Both the position numbers and the translations under genes were made by a program. The notes under the pieces were generated by a model that saw nothing but the letters and a program-made list of their open reading frames with translations, ran no database searches and was not told the DNA's origin. From Eledone cirrhosa (taxonomy: Eukaryota): DNA of 64,000 nt. The DNA is taken from the NCBI GenBank assembly GCA_964016885.1, contig OZ024764.1, positions 10,478,001 to 10,542,000 of the forward strand, given 5' to 3'. Of the stretch, positions 1-13,839 are shown piece after piece; positions within the stretch are counted from its first letter, which is position 1, and every line of letters begins with the position of its first letter.

Positions 1-6
1 GAGTGG

Positions 7-128
7 GTAATAGGAAAAAGTATGACCCCGATGGCAGAGCTCAAGCCGTTTCGATGGCTATTTCAGTCCAGAAATAGCCGTCGAAATGGCTTGAGCTCTG
101 CCGTCGGGGTCATACTTTTTCCTATTAC
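7..128. mobile_element. Fold-back palindrome of the 'GAAACGGC' hammerhead-associated element (3' half of a type I HHR)
   Basis: Near-perfect inverted repeat centred on gctatttc-agtcca-gaaatagc. The right arm reads gtc-GAAA(T/C)GGC-ttgagctct-GCCGTC-ggggtc (HHR stem III plus GUC site). Same element at 16375, 17405, 19261, 21885, 38900, 58754. Confidence 0.75.
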
Positions 129-134
129 ACATAT

Positions 135-167
<33 letters not shown>

Positions 168-281
168 AACATATATACATACATATATATATATACATAC
201 ATATACATACATACATACATGTATGTGTATATGTATGTATAAAACTCATGACTTTTTGTTCTTGAGGTGAATGGAGTAGGT

Positions 282-346
282 CTATAAAGTTTCACAATGG
301 GTGTAACATATGATTGGGGTCTTTTGTTCATATTTAATTGGATTAA
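282..346 (-). CDS. Possible terminal coding exon (VNPIKYEQKTPIICYTHCETL*), unidentified gene
   Basis: Acceptor tgtctttccttgttgtag on the minus strand; phase compatible with the phase-1 donor at 17735; unique sequence. No homology recognised. Confidence 0.2.
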
Positions 347-357
347 CTACAACAAGG

Positions 358-1355
358 AAAGACACATTAGATAATGTAGTCCTAGATACTCTGTGTCTGT
401 ATGTAAGACAGGACACATTAGATAATGTAGTCCTAGATACACTGTGTCTGTATGTAAGACAGGACACATTAGATAATGTAGTCCTAGATACACTGTGTCT
501 GTATATAAGACAGGACACATTAGATAATGTAGTCCTAGATACACTATGTCTGCATGTAAGACAGGACACATTAGATAATGTAGTCCTAGATACACTGTCT
601 GTATATAAGACAGGACACATTAGATAATGTAGTCCTAGATACACTATGTCTGTATATAAGACAGGACACATTAGATAGTGTAGTCCTAGATACACTATGT
701 CTGCATGTAAGACAGGACACATTAGATAATGTAGTCCTAGATACACTGTCTGTATATAAGACAGGACACATTAGATAATGTAGTCCTAGATACACTGTGT
801 CTGTATATAAAACAGGACACATTAGATAATGTAGTCCTAGATACACTGTGTCTGTATGTAAGACAGGACACATTAGATAATGTAGTCCTAGATACACTGT
901 CTGTATATAAGACAGGACACATTAGATAATGTAGTCCTAGATACACTATGTCTGTATATAAGACAGGACACATTAGATAGTGTAGTCCTAGATACACTGT
1001 CTGTATATAAGACAGGACACATTAGATAATGTAGTCCTAGATACACTGTGTCTGTATATAAGACAGGACACATTAGATAATGTAGTCCTAGATACACTGT
1101 GTCTATATATGACAGGACACATTAGATAATGTAGTCCTAGATACACTGTGTCTATATATAAGACAGGACACATTAGATAATGTAGTCCTAGATACACTGT
1201 GTCTGTATATAAGACAGGACACATTAGATAATGTAGTCCTAGATACACTGTGTCTATATATGACAGGACACATTAGATAATGTAGTCCTAGATACACTGT
1301 GTCTGTATATAAAACAGGCCACATTAGATAGTGTAGTCCTAGATACACTGTGTCT
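358..1355. repeat. 51-bp (49-bp variant) minisatellite, about 19-20 copies
   Basis: Unit gacaggacacattagataatgtagtcctagatacactgtgtctgtatataa in tandem; runs into a SINE-like 3' end (gactgacctggggctaaacaacaacaac, about 1420-1450). Confidence 0.95.
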
Positions 1356-1761
1356 GGATAAAAGTCAGAATGTTCACAGCTGGAACATCTTTGATCCTAT
1401 CATAGGTCTGCTCGTTGAGGACTGACCTGGGGCTAAACAACAACAACAATTATAACAACAATGGCACTACTCTATGAAACTAGGAGTGGGCTCTACAAAG
1501 CCATAAGCAGCTGTCCATCTCCACCTCTGTATTATCGCATCAAATAAATATTTAATCAATATATGTATCGGTATTGATGCAGTGCCTGACAAAGACTCTG
1601 ACCTACCGATTGCATTTGATCTCTTATTGATCTGGTCAGTATATGTTCGACAAATCACGTTACTAAATTATGCCCAATACACTCTGCAATGCTATGCTCT
1701 GTTGTCTAGGAGGCTGAATATTGTTTTTTTGTTTTTATGTGCCATGTGGTATTTATGGGGT

Positions 1762-3838
1762 TAAACCTTTCATTACAATATTTCTAATGAAAGATACCGT
1801 TGGTGTTTGGAACATAACTTAACAAAGGTTCTTACATAAAATGATAATAAAATTATAAAGTTTTTATATAAATATAAACACTCTAACCCTTTCATTACCA
1901 TATTTCTAATGAAAGAGACTGTTGGTGTTTGGAACATAACTTAACAAAGGTTCTTACATAAAATGATAATAAAATTATAAAGTTTTTATATAAATATAAA
2001 CACTTTAACCCTTTCATTACCATATTTCTAATGAAAGAGACTGTTGGTGTTTGGAACATAACTTAACAAAGGTTCTTACATAAAATGATAATAAAATTAT
2101 AAAGTTTTTATATAAATATAAACATTTTAACCCTTTCATTACCATATTTCTAATGAAAGAGACTGTTGGTGTTTGGAACATAACTTAACAAAGGTTCTTA
2201 CATAAAATGATAATAAAATTATAAAGTTTTTATATAAATATAAACACTTTAACCCTTTCATTACCATATTTCTAATGAAAGAGACTGTTGGTGTTTGGAA
2301 CATAACTTAACAAAGGTTCTTACATAAAATGATAATAAAATTATAAAGTTTTTATATAAATATAAACACTTTAACCCTTTCATTACCATATTTCTAATGA
2401 AAGAGACTGTTGGTGTTTGGAACATAGCTTAACAAAGGTTCTTACATAAATATAAACACGTTAACCCTTTCATTACCATATTTCTAATGAAAGACACTGT
2501 TGGTGTTTGGAACATAGCTTAACAAAGGTTCTTACATAAATATAAACACTTTAACCCTTTCATTACCATATTTCTAATGAAAAACACTGTTGGTGTTTGG
2601 AACATAGCTTAACAAAGGTTCTCACATGATAATATGATGGAAGGTTTTTAGATAAATATAAACACTTTAACCCTTTCAATACCATATTTCTAATGAAAGA
2701 CACTGTTGGTGTTTGGAATATAACTTAACAAAGGTTCTTACATAAATATAAACACGTTAACCCTTTCATTACCATATTTCTAATGAAAAACACTGTTGGT
2801 GTTTGGAACATAGCTTAACAAAGGTTCTTACATAAATATAACCACTTTAACCCTTTCATTACCATATTTCTAATGAAAGACACTGTTGGTGTTTGGAACA
2901 TAGCTTAACAAAGGTTCTTACATAAATATAAACATTTTAACCCTTTCATTACCATATTTCTAATGAAAGACACTGTTGGTGTTTGGAACATAGCTTAACA
3001 AAGGTTCTCACATGATAATATGATGGAAGGTTTTTAGATAAATATAAACACTTTAACCCTTTCAATACCATATTTCTAATGAAAGACACTGTTGGTGTTT
3101 GGAATATAACTTAACAAAGGTTCTTACATAAATATAAACACGTTAACCCTTTCATTACCATATTTCTAATGAAAAACACTGTTGGTGTTTGGAACATAGC
3201 TTAACAAAGGTTCTTACATAAATATAACCACTTTAACCCTTTCATTACCATATTTCTAATGAAAGACACTGTTGGTGTTTGGAACATAGCTTAACAAAGG
3301 TTCTTACATAAATATAAACATTTTAACCCTTTCATTACCATATTTCTAATGAAAGACACTGTTGGTGTTTGGAACATAGCTTAACAAAGGTTCTTACATA
3401 AATATAACCACTTTAACCCTTTCATAACCATATTTCTAATGAAAGACACTGTTGGTGTTTGGAACATAGCTTAACAAAGGTTCTCACATGATAATATGAT
3501 GGAAGGTTTTTAGATAAATATAAACACTTTAATCCTTTCAATACCATATTTCTAATGAAAGACACTGTTGGTGTTTGGAATATAACTTAACAAAGGTTCT
3601 TACATAAATATAAACACGTTAACCCTTTCATTACCATATTTCTAATGAAAAACACTGTTGGTGTTTGGAACATAGCTTAACAAAGGTTCTTACATAAATA
3701 TAAACACTTTAACCCTTTCATTACCATATTTCTAATGAAAGACACTGTTGGTGTTTGGAACATAGCTTAACAAAGGTTCTTACATAAATATAAACACTTT
3801 AACCCTTTCATTACCATATTTCTAATGAAAGACACTGG
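1762..3838. repeat. Minisatellite with 122/90/116-bp unit variants
   Basis: Unit begins ttaaccctttcattaccatatttctaatgaaag; unit starts at 1884, 2006, 2128, 2250, 2372 (122 bp), then mixed 90- and 116-bp units. Confidence 0.95.
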
Positions 3839-4054
3839 TTCCGATGATTTTTTAATAATTTTAAGTGGAGGATGGGGTCGAATAAGAAGGAGTGGTGTGT
3901 TAATAGGAGGGGCTGGGGTGTTAATAGGAGGGGGTGCGGTGGATAAAATCTGAAAAATTAATAAACTGGGGGGGCAGGGATGATGATTATTCCAGACCTG
4001 GGAGTACATATAATTTGGAATATTTTGCAACAGCTTTCGACCTCTCAATCAATA

Positions 4055-4490
4055 TGTGTATGAGGGTGTGGTGTGGCGTGTGTGTGGGCTGTATGTGTGT
4101 GTGGCGTGCGTGTGTGTGTGGGGGGGGGGGGTATGTGTGGGGTGTGTGGGTGTGTGTGATTTATGTGGGGGGGGGGGCGATGTGGGGGGGTGCATGTGTG
4201 TGGGGTGTGGGTGGGGATAGGGTGCATGTGTGTGTGTGGTGTATGTATGTGGTGTGTGTGTGTGTGTGTGTTTGTGGTATGTATGGGTGAGTGGTGTATG
4301 TGTGTGTATGTGTGTGTGTGTATGTGGTGTGTGTGTGTGTGTGTGTGTGTTTGTGGTATGTATGGGTGAGTGGTGTATGTGTGTGTATGTGTGTGTGTGG
4401 TATGTGTGTGTGTGGTATGTGTGTGGTGTATGTGTGTGTATATGTTTAGGTATGTGTGTGGTGTGTGTGTATGTATGTGTGTGGGTGTCT
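4055..4490. repeat. (TG)n/GT-rich microsatellite, SINE-internal
   Basis: Degenerate (TG)n followed by a SINE body (tagcggttcgacaaagagag...ataagtact). Confidence 0.85.
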
Positions 4491-4599
4491 GTGTTTACAT
4501 TTGCCTGTGTTTATGCGGCGTAGCGGTTCGACAAAGAGAGTTTGATAAAATAAGTACTAACCAAAAACTTGAAAAAAAACCCAACAAAACAAACAAAAG

Positions 4600-7500
4600 G
4601 AAGTGGGCTTGGAATGACTGATTAAAGCAAGGTGGTGCCCCAGCATGGCCGAGGAACTGGGCTTCAAATGACTGATTAAAGCAAGGTGGTGCCCCAGCAT
4701 GGCCGAGGAACTGGGCTTCAAATGACTGATTAAAGCAAGGTGGTGCCCCAGCATGGCCGAGGAACTGGGGTTGAAATGACTGATTAAAGCAAGGTGGTGC
4801 CCCAGCATGGCCGAGGAACTGGGCTTCAAATGACTGATTAAAGCAAGGTGGTGCCCCAGCATGGCCGAGGAACTGGGCTTGAAATGACTGATTAAAGCAA
4901 GGTGGTGCCCCAGCATGGCCGAGGAACTGGGCTTGAAATGACTGATTAAAGCAAGGTGATGCCCCAGCATGGCCGAGAAACTGGGCTTGAAATGATTAAA
5001 GCAAGGTGGTGCCCCAGCGTGGCCGAGGAACTGGGGTTGAAATGATTAAAGCAAGGTGGTGCCCCAGCATGGCCGAGGAACTGGGCTTGAAATGATTAAA
5101 GCAAGGTGGTGCCCCAGCATGGCCGAGGAACTGGGGTTGAAATGACTGATTAAAGCAAGGTGGTGCCCCAGCATGGCCGAGGAACTGGGCTTGAAATGAC
5201 TGATTAAAGCAAGGTGGTGCCCCAGCATGGCCGAGGAAGTGGGCTTCAAATGACTGATTAAAGCAAGGTGGTGCCCCAGCATGGCCGAGGAACTGGGCTT
5301 GAAATGACTGATTAAAGCAAGGTGGTGCCCCAGCATGGCCGAGGAACTGGGCTTGAAATGACTGATTAAAGCAAGGTGGTGCCCCAGCATGGCCGAGGAA
5401 GTGGGCTGAAATGATTAAAGCAAGGTGGTGCCCCAGCATGGCCGAGGAACTGGGCTTGAAATGATTAAAGCAAGGTGGTGCCCCAGCATGGCCGAGGAAC
5501 TGGGCTTGAAATGATTAAAGCAAGGTGGTGCCCCAGCATGGCCGAGGAACTGGGCTTGAAATGATTAAAGCAAGGTGGTGCCCCAGCATGGCCGAGGAAC
5601 TGGGGTTGAAATGATTAAAGCAAGGTGGTGCCCCAGCATGGCCGAGGAACTGGGCTGAAATGACTGATTAAAGCAAGGTGGTGCCCCAGCATGGCCGAGG
5701 AACTGGGCTTCAAATGACTGATTAAAGCAAGGTGGTGCCCCAGCATGGCCGAGGAACTGGGCTTGAAATGACTGATTAAAGCAAGGTGGTGCCCCAGCAT
5801 GGCCGAGGAAGTGGGCTTCAAATGACTGATTAAAGCAAGGTGGTGCCCCAGCATGGCCGAGGAACTGGGCTTGAAATGACTGATTAAAGCAAGGTGGTGC
5901 CCCAGCATGGCCGAGGAACTGGGCTTGAAATGACTGATTAAAGCAAGGTGGTGCCCCAGCATGGCCGAGGAACTTGGCTTCAAATGACTGATTAAAGCAA
6001 GGTGGTGCCCCAGCATGGCCGAGGAACTGGGCTTGAAATGACTAATTAAAGCAAGGTGGTGCCCCAGCATGGCCGAGAAACTGGGCTTCAAATGACTGAT
6101 TAAAGCAAGGTGGTGCCCCAGCATGGCCGAGAAACTGGGCTTCAAATGACTGATTAAAGCAAGGTGGTGCCCCAGCATGGCCGAGGAACTGGGCTTGAAA
6201 TGACTGATTAAAGCAAGGTGGTGCCCCAGCATGGCCGAGGAACTGGGCTTGAAATGACTGATTAAAGCAAGGTGGTGCCCCAGCATGGCCGAGGAACTGG
6301 GCTTGAAATGACTGATTAAAGCAAGGTGGTGCCCCAGCATGGCCGAGGAGCTGGGCTTCAAATGACTGATTAAAGCAAGGTGGTGCCCCAGCATGGCCGA
6401 GGAACTGGGGTTGAAATGATTAAAGCAAGGTGGTGCCCCAGCATGGCCGAGGAACTGGGCTGAAATGACTGATTAAAGCAAGGTGGTGCCCCAGCATGGC
6501 CGAGGAGCTGGGCTTCAAATGACTGATTAAAGCAAGGTGGTGCCCCAGCATGGCCGAGGAGCTGGGCTTGAAATGACTGATTAAAGCAAGGTGGTGCCCC
6601 AGCATGGCCGAGGAAGTGGGCTGAAATGATTAAAGCAAGGTGGTGCCCCAGCATGGCCGAGGAACTGGGCTTGAAATGATTAAAGCAAGGTGGTGCCCCA
6701 GCATGGCCGAGGAACTGGGCTTGAAATGATTAAAGCAAGGTGGTGCCCCAGCATGGCCGAGGAACTGGGCTTGAAATGATTAAAGCAAGGTGGTGCCCCA
6801 GCATGGCCGAGGAACTGGGGTTGAAATGATTAAAGCAAGGTGGTGCCCCAGCATGGCCGAGGAACTGGGCTGAAATGACTGATTAAAGCAAGGTGGTGCC
6901 CCAGCATGGCCGAGGAACTGGGCTTGAAATGATTAAAGCAAGGTGGTGCCCCAGCATGGCCGAGGAACTGGGCTTGAAATGACTGATTAAAGCAAGGTGG
7001 TGCCCCAGCATGGCCGAGGAAGTGGGCTTCAAATGACTGATTAAAGCAAGGTGGTGCCCCAGCATGGCCGAGGAACTGGGCTTCAAATGACTGATTAAAG
7101 CAAGGTGGTGCCCCAGCATGGCCGAGGAAGTGGGCTTCAAATGACTGATTAAAGCAAGGTGGTGCCCCAGCATGGCCGAGGAATTGGGCTTGAAATGACT
7201 GATTAAAGCAAGGTGGTGCCCCAGCATGGCCGAGGAAGTGGGCTTCAAATGACTGATTAAAGCAAGGTGGTGCCCCAGCATGGCCGAGGAATTGGGCTTG
7301 AAATGACTGATTAAAGCAAGGTGGTGCCCCAGCATGGCCGAGGAAGTGGGCTTCAAATGACTGATTAAAGCAAGGTGGTGCCCCAGCATGGCCGAGGAAT
7401 TGGGCTTGAAATGACTGATTAAAGCAAGGTGGTGCCCCAGCATGGCCGAGGAACTGGGCTTGAAATGACTGATTAAAGCAAGGTGGTGCCCCAGCATGGC

Positions 7501-8958
7501 CGAGGAACTGGGCTTCAAATGACTGATTAAAGCAAGGTGGTGCCCCAGCATGGCCGAGGAACTGGGCTTGAAATGACTGATTAAAGCAAGGTGGTGCCCC
7601 AGCATGGCCGAGGAACTGGGCTTGAAATGACTGATTAAAGCAAGGTGGTGCCCCAGCATGGCCGAGGAACTGGGCTTGAAATGACTGATTAAAGCAAGGT
7701 GGTGCCCCAGCATGGCCGAGGAACTGGGCTTGAAATGATTAAAGCAAGGTGGTGCCCCAGCATGGCCGAGGAACTGGGCTTGAAATGACTGATTAAAGCA
7801 AGGTGGTGCCCCAGCATGGCCGAGGAAGTGGGCTTCAAATGACTGATTAAAGCAAGGTGGTGCCCCAGCATGGCCGAGGAAGTGGGCTTCAAATGACTGA
7901 TTAAAGCAAGGTGGTGCCCCAGCATGGCCGAGGAATTGGGCTTGAAATGACTGATTAAAGCAAGGTGGTGCCCCAGCATGGCCGAGGAACTGGGCTTCAA
8001 ATGACTGATTAAAGCAAGCTGGTGCCCCAGCATGGCCGAGGAACTGGGCTTCAAATGACTGATTAAAGCAAGGTGGTGCCCCAGCATGGCCGAGGAACTG
8101 GGCTTCAAATGACTGATTAAAGCAAGGTGGTGCCCCAGCATGGCCGAGGAATTGGGCTTGAAATGACTGATTAAAGCAAGGTGGTGCCCCAGCATGGCCG
8201 AGGAACTGGGCTTCAAATGACTGATTAAAGCAAGGTGGTGCCCCAGCATGGCCGAGGAACTGGGCTTGAAATGACTGATTAAAGCAAGGTGGTGCCCCAG
8301 CATGGCCGAGGAACTGGGCTTGAAATGACTGATTAAAGCAAGGTGGTGCCCCAGCATGGCCGAGGAACTGGGCTTGAAATGACTGATTAAAGCAAGGTGG
8401 TGCCCCAGCATGGCCGAGGAACTGGGCTTGAAATGACTGATTAAAGCAAGGTGGTGCCCCAGCATGGCCGAGGAAGTGGGCTTCAAATGACTGATTAAAG
8501 CAAGGTGGTGCCCCAGCATGGCCGAGGAAGTGGGCTTGAAATGACTGATTAAAGCAAGGTGGTGCCCCAGCATGGCCGAGGAACTGGGCTTGAAATGACT
8601 GATTAAAGCAAGGTGGTGCCCCAGCATGGCCGAGGAAGTGGGCTTCAAATGACTGATTAAAGCAAGGTGGTGCCCCAGCATGGCCGAGGAAGTGGGCTTG
8701 AAATGACTGATTAAAGCAAGGTGGTGCCCCAGCATGGCCGAGGAACTGGGCTTGAAATGACTGATTAAAGCAAGGTGGTGCCCCAGCATGGCCGAGGAAG
8801 TGGGCTTCAAATGACTGATTAAAGCAAGGTGGTGCCCCAGCATGGCCGAGGAACTGGGCTTCAAATGACTGATTAAAGCAAGGTGGTGCCCCAGCATGGC
8901 CGAGGAACTGGGCTTGAAATGACTGATTAAAGCAAGGTGGTGCCCCAGCATGGCCGCA
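4600..8958. repeat. 54-bp (50-bp variant) minisatellite, roughly 80 copies, derived from a SINE 3' tail
   Basis: Unit aaatgactgattaaagcaaggtggtgccccagcatggccgaggaactgggcttg; the last copy continues as ccagcatggccgcagcctaatgcctgaaaccagtaaaaga (SINE/LINE-type terminus). Confidence 0.95.
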
Positions 8959-9019
8959 GCCTAATGCCTGAAACCAGTAAAAGACCAAAAACATATTGAA
9001 ATAAATGCAGACAGACAGA

Positions 9020-9050
9020 TGTATGTGTATGTATATATATATATATAAAA

Positions 9051-9103
<53 letters not shown>

Positions 9104-9367
9104 ATATATATATATATATATAGTATATATATATATAGTATATATATATATATATAGTATATATATATATATATATATATAGTATATATATATATATATA
9201 GTATATATATATATATATAGTATATATATATATATATAGTATATATATATATATATAGTATATATATATATATATAGTATATATATATATATATAGTATA
9301 TATATATAGTATATATATATATATATAGTATATATATATATATATATAGTATATATATATATATATA

Positions 9368-9407
<40 letters not shown>

Positions 9408-9527
9408 TATATATATATATATATAGTATATATATATATAGTATATATATATATATATAGTATATATATATATAGTATATATATATATATATAGTATATA
9501 TATATATAGTATATATATATATATATA

Positions 9528-9574
<47 letters not shown>

Positions 9575-9728
9575 CATATATATATGTATATATATATATA
9601 CATATATATATATACATATATCATCATCATCATTTTACATCCGCTTTTCCCTGCTTGCACAAACATATATATATATATATACACATATATATATATACAT
9701 ATATACACAAACATACATATATATATAA

Positions 9729-9773
<45 letters not shown>

Positions 9774-10760
9774 CATACATATAAACATATATATAAACAT
9801 ATATATTCACAAACATATACATATATACACAAACATATATATATATATACACATATATACACGATCATACATATATACACAATCATATATATATATACAT
9901 ATATATATGTATATATATATACATATATATATGTATATATATATACATATATACACAAACACACATATATATTTATATACACTCGTTTACATACATAAGT
10001 ACACCCACACGATGTATTACTCATATATATACAGCAACATATGCTGTATATATATCACTGCACATCTGTGACGGTTCCAGTCGTAACAACAAGAACAGCA
10101 ACAAGAATGGTTTCAGCAATTTTGGTGGAGAGAGAGGGGGGGGTGATCAAATGGATCCCCAGTGCATTACTGGTACTTCATTTTATCGACCCTGTAAGGA
10201 TGAAAGGCGAAGCTATTCTCGGCAGGATTTGAACTCAAAACGTACAGGGATGTCATATATACATATATATATATATATATATACACACAAACATACACAC
10301 ACACACATATATATATATATAAACATACACACACACACATATATATATATACACAAACATACACACATATATATATATACACAAACATACACACACATAT
10401 ATATATATATACACAAACATACACACACATATATATATACACAAACATACACACACACACACACATATATATATATACACAAACACAAATATATATATAT
10501 ATATACACACACACATACACACGTATATATACACACACATACACACATGTATATATACACACACACATACACACACAGACATACACGTATACACACACAC
10601 AGACGCACACATATATATACAGACATACACATACATATATATATACATACACACACAAATACTGACTGACGTACACACATACACGATGACATATATATGT
10701 ATATATACAGACAAATATATATATATATATATACACACATATATATATACATGTAAACGA
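9020..10760. repeat. Complex (TA)n/(CA)n microsatellite block with embedded SINE and RTE-tail fragments
   Basis: Direct reading; RTE 3' tail fragment at 9620-9660 (minus), SINE fragment at 10135-10245 (minus). Confidence 0.9.
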
Positions 10761-10802
10761 AATTTGATCGTTTTTCTTAATATATACACTCTGCTTGTGC
10801 AT

Positions 10803-11752
10803 AAATAACTATCTGATAATAATAAAGTAGAATGGAAAAGGAGATTGACGTAATGAGAGGAGAAATATTTTTATTGAGTGAGTCAACCGCTGGAAATGAG
10901 ATAAGATCCAAGAAGGTAAGAAAGCTAAAGAGAAAATATGAACTGTCTTCTGGAAAAGCAATAGTTTCAACAAAAGAATCTCTGAAACAAAAAGTCCAAG
11001 TAAAAGCCCAACAAATTCGTAGATTCGAGAAGCGAAACAACTTCTACAGGCAAAATAAGTTGTTCGCATCCAATGCCAAGTCATTTTATAGCGAAGTAGG
11101 GAAGTAAAAAATTATTATTGAAGACCCCCTCGTCCATAGAAGAAGTTGAAAACTTCTGGAGTAAGATTTGGAGTGATGAGAAGACATATTACTAATGTAG
11201 ATTAGATTAGTCGCCTTGAAAAATCCTACACAAATTTAGAAGAACAAACGTGGGAAGACATCTCTATAGCTGACTTAAGGACAGCATTCAATAAATCTCA
11301 TAAATGGAAATCTCCTGGTAGAGACAGGGTGCCAAATTTCTGGCTTTCCTCACTCCCGTGCATTCACAATATATTGGTCAAGCTGTTTAATAGAATTATG
11401 AAAGATCCAACAAATACACCTGAATGGATAGCAAGTGGCATTACCTACCTTCTACCAAAGAACAACGAAACCAAAGATAAAAAAAACTATCGGCCCATAA
11501 CATGCTTGTCCACCACTTATAAACTATTAATCTCTATTGTCATGGAAAAAGCATACGTGTTTTTGGAAGAGAACAATCTTTTCCCCATTGAACAAAAAGG
11601 GTGCCGACGAGGTTCATATGGTTGCAAAGATCAACTTTTGATTAATCGTATGATCCTTGAGAGCTGTTACAATAAACACAGAAATCTCAGCTCTGCATGG
11701 ATCGATTATAAAAATGCCTTTGACAGCATACCACACTCATGGATTCTGATAG
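10803..11752 (+). mobile_element. Degenerate R4/Dong-clade non-LTR retrotransposon RT fragment
   Basis: Translation contains NFWLSSL, GITYLLPK, NYRPITCLST-YKLL, EQKGC-RGS-GCKDQLLIN, AWIDY-NAFDS-PHSWIL; stops/frameshift near 11107-11220; truncated at both ends. Confidence 0.85.
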
Positions 11753-11799
11753 GATATATATATTGGAAAATGTGTGTAATCCTTGGTACAGTTAGGTAT

Positions 11800-12132
11800 A
11801 TTAAGACAGGGGGGAAGAAAAAATGGCTTCACTTGTGCTTTCAACAAATTTATTTTCTTCACAAAATCCAAAAAGAATTTTTCTTAAAAAAAATTATTTT
11901 ATAAATTAAGTTGTTGGTTGTTGGTCAGTTTGACAAGCGCACCTCAGCGTGAAAGGTCTTTCTAAAAACGAAACAATACCTCCTACGTTAACCAAGAACT
12001 CCTAAGACCTAACCAACAACCAACAACTTAATTTATGAAATAATTTTTTTTAAGAAAAATTCTTTTTGGAATTTGTGAAGAAAATAAATTTGTTGAAAGC
12101 ACAAGTGAAGCCATTTTTTCTTCCCCCCTCTC

Positions 12133-12137
<5 letters not shown>
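11800..12137. repeat. Inverted repeat, about 130-bp arms with about 80-bp spacer
   Basis: ggggaagaaaaaatggcttcacttgtgc...gttggttgttgg (11800-11930) mirrored at 12010-12137. Confidence 0.9.
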
Positions 12138-12179
<42 letters not shown>

Positions 12180-12269
12180 GTATAGCTGGTATATATACAA
12201 TATTTCGAAAGAAAGACTGATACCGCCTATAAATTCTTTATAAAATATCAAACAATTTGGAAAGATTTA

Positions 12270-12742
12270 CTAATAACATAACTTAAATTTCTCCTTTCTT
12301 AAGCTGGTGTTTGGAACGTAACTTAAAGGTTTTTATATATTTAGATCTTTAAAAAAATTCTAATGGAAATTAAAATTTTTTTTTTTTTTAGAAACATTTA
12401 AAAACAATTAGATTAATTACCACACAACGAGTTGATAAATTAATCTGGTGTTTGGAACGTAACTTAGCAAAGATGTGTATATTTCTTAAAACAAAAATTC
12501 TGATAAAAGTTATTTTTTTAATTTTTAGAAACATTTTAAAACAAATAATTTAATTACCAAACGAGTTGATATATTAAGCTGGTGCTTGGAACGTAACTTA
12601 ACAAAGGTGTTTATATTATATCTTAAAACAAAATTTCTTATAAACATTATTTTTTTTAAATTTTTAGAAACATTTTAAAACAATTAAATTAATATTACCA
12701 AACGAGTTGATATACTAAGCTGGTGCTTGGAACGTAACTTAA
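12270..12742. repeat. About 140-bp degenerate tandem repeat (3-4 copies)
   Basis: Recurrent aagctggtgtttggaacgtaacttaa at about 12301, 12444, 12577, 12717. Confidence 0.8.
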
Positions 12743-13384
12743 ACTAGTATGTTACATTACAAAGGCCAGTGGAGTGATCTAAACACTTTAACGAATTAGT
12801 TTTACATGATGCAGCAAAGGGTAGTAACAGGTGGTTTTAACTTAAAGACATACTAACATATATATATATATATATGTTTGTTTCTTACTGCTTCCACTCT
12901 CTCTGTATCTCTCACCTTCTTTTTACCCCCACTCTCTCTCAGCTGGCCTCTTCCTCACACTCTCTCTGCTTCTCGCCCTCTCTCACTTCCTCCCGTTTGA
13001 CCTGTGTGAAATCCTTTTCTCGCTCACATCTCACCCATGTCGGATGGTCTGTATCTCTCGTCCATGATTTCACCAAGCTTAAGCTTATAGATATCATGTA
13101 CTTGTCTCTTCCTATCTTTCCGTTGCCATACCCTCTTTGTTTGTTTACATGTCTCGCTCGCTTCACCCTATTTTACTTGTCCCAATAACCTTATTTAGTT
13201 ATTGCACGCACCAACAAGAGGTATATGATTTTTAAAGCGATGAAATACCAATGAAGGTTGGAAGATCACTGATGAAGGACTAACTTTATTCATATGTAAC
13301 CCATGTGCAACCACGCAACACTCCATTTTTCTTTTATATATATACGATATTAATAAATGGAAACTATATTTATAAAACCATATT

Positions 13385-13449
13385 TATTTCATTATACATA
13401 TTTCAGGGATACCAAATTAAATTATGGTATGCCTTCATCAGACAAAATA
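13385..13449 (-). ncRNA. Type I hammerhead ribozyme, 'ATATATAT' family
   Basis: tattttgt-CTGATGA-aggcataccataatttaatttggtatccct-GAAA-tatgtat-A-atgaaata; stem I tattttgt/atgaaata, stem II agg-atacca/tggtat-cct. Confidence 0.8.
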
Positions 13450-13599
13450 CAATATATAACAGTTTTACAAATAAGCTTTGACGTACCCTTTTAAAATGCA
13501 ACCATTATTTTTGGAAGCCATATTTATTAAAATAACAAATTCGCTGCTTTCACCCTTATCGAGCACTCTTGGGATTTTAGTCTTCAAGTTTATTATTAT

Positions 13600-13638
<39 letters not shown>

Positions 13639-13774
13639 TAAGTATGTTTCGAAACACTTAGTAAGTTTGAAATTAAAAAATAGAAGCTTTCACCGTATTT
13701 TTTTTTACTAAAGAAATTTTAGCCTGATAGTGGGGGTTTAGAACCCCCAGGGAAATGGAAAAAGATGAGTATTG

Positions 13775-13839
13775 ACGTACATGGGAGTCGAACTCACATC
13801 TTTGGTTATCCAGACCACTGTGCTACCATTACACCAACA
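13775..13839 (-). pseudogene. tRNA-like sequence (Gln-like D arm), probably a SINE head or tRNA pseudogene
   Basis: tggtgtaatggtagcac (A box) ... gagttcgactc (B box); acceptor stem not intact and 5' end abuts a microsatellite. Confidence 0.6.

Noticed and set aside
1467-1764. Short ORFs in unique sequence as exons
   Set aside because: Stops in all frames after the best acceptor; no recognisable homology.
4557-9852. Repetitive ORFs up to 989 aa ([11 protein letters not shown]...)
   Set aside because: 54-bp minisatellite plus (TA)n; frames break at 50-bp variants.
11329-11904. ORF tail GYIYWKMCV...KKIIL as part of the RT
   Set aside because: Read-through from the truncated R4 fragment into an unrelated inverted repeat.
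13269-13285. CTGATGAaggacta as a hammerhead
   Set aside because: No stem II 3' strand or GAAA follows; at most a truncated relic of the 38701 family.
13775-13839. Functional tRNA gene
   Set aside because: Acceptor stem incomplete and anticodon arm atypical; treated as a SINE head or pseudogene.
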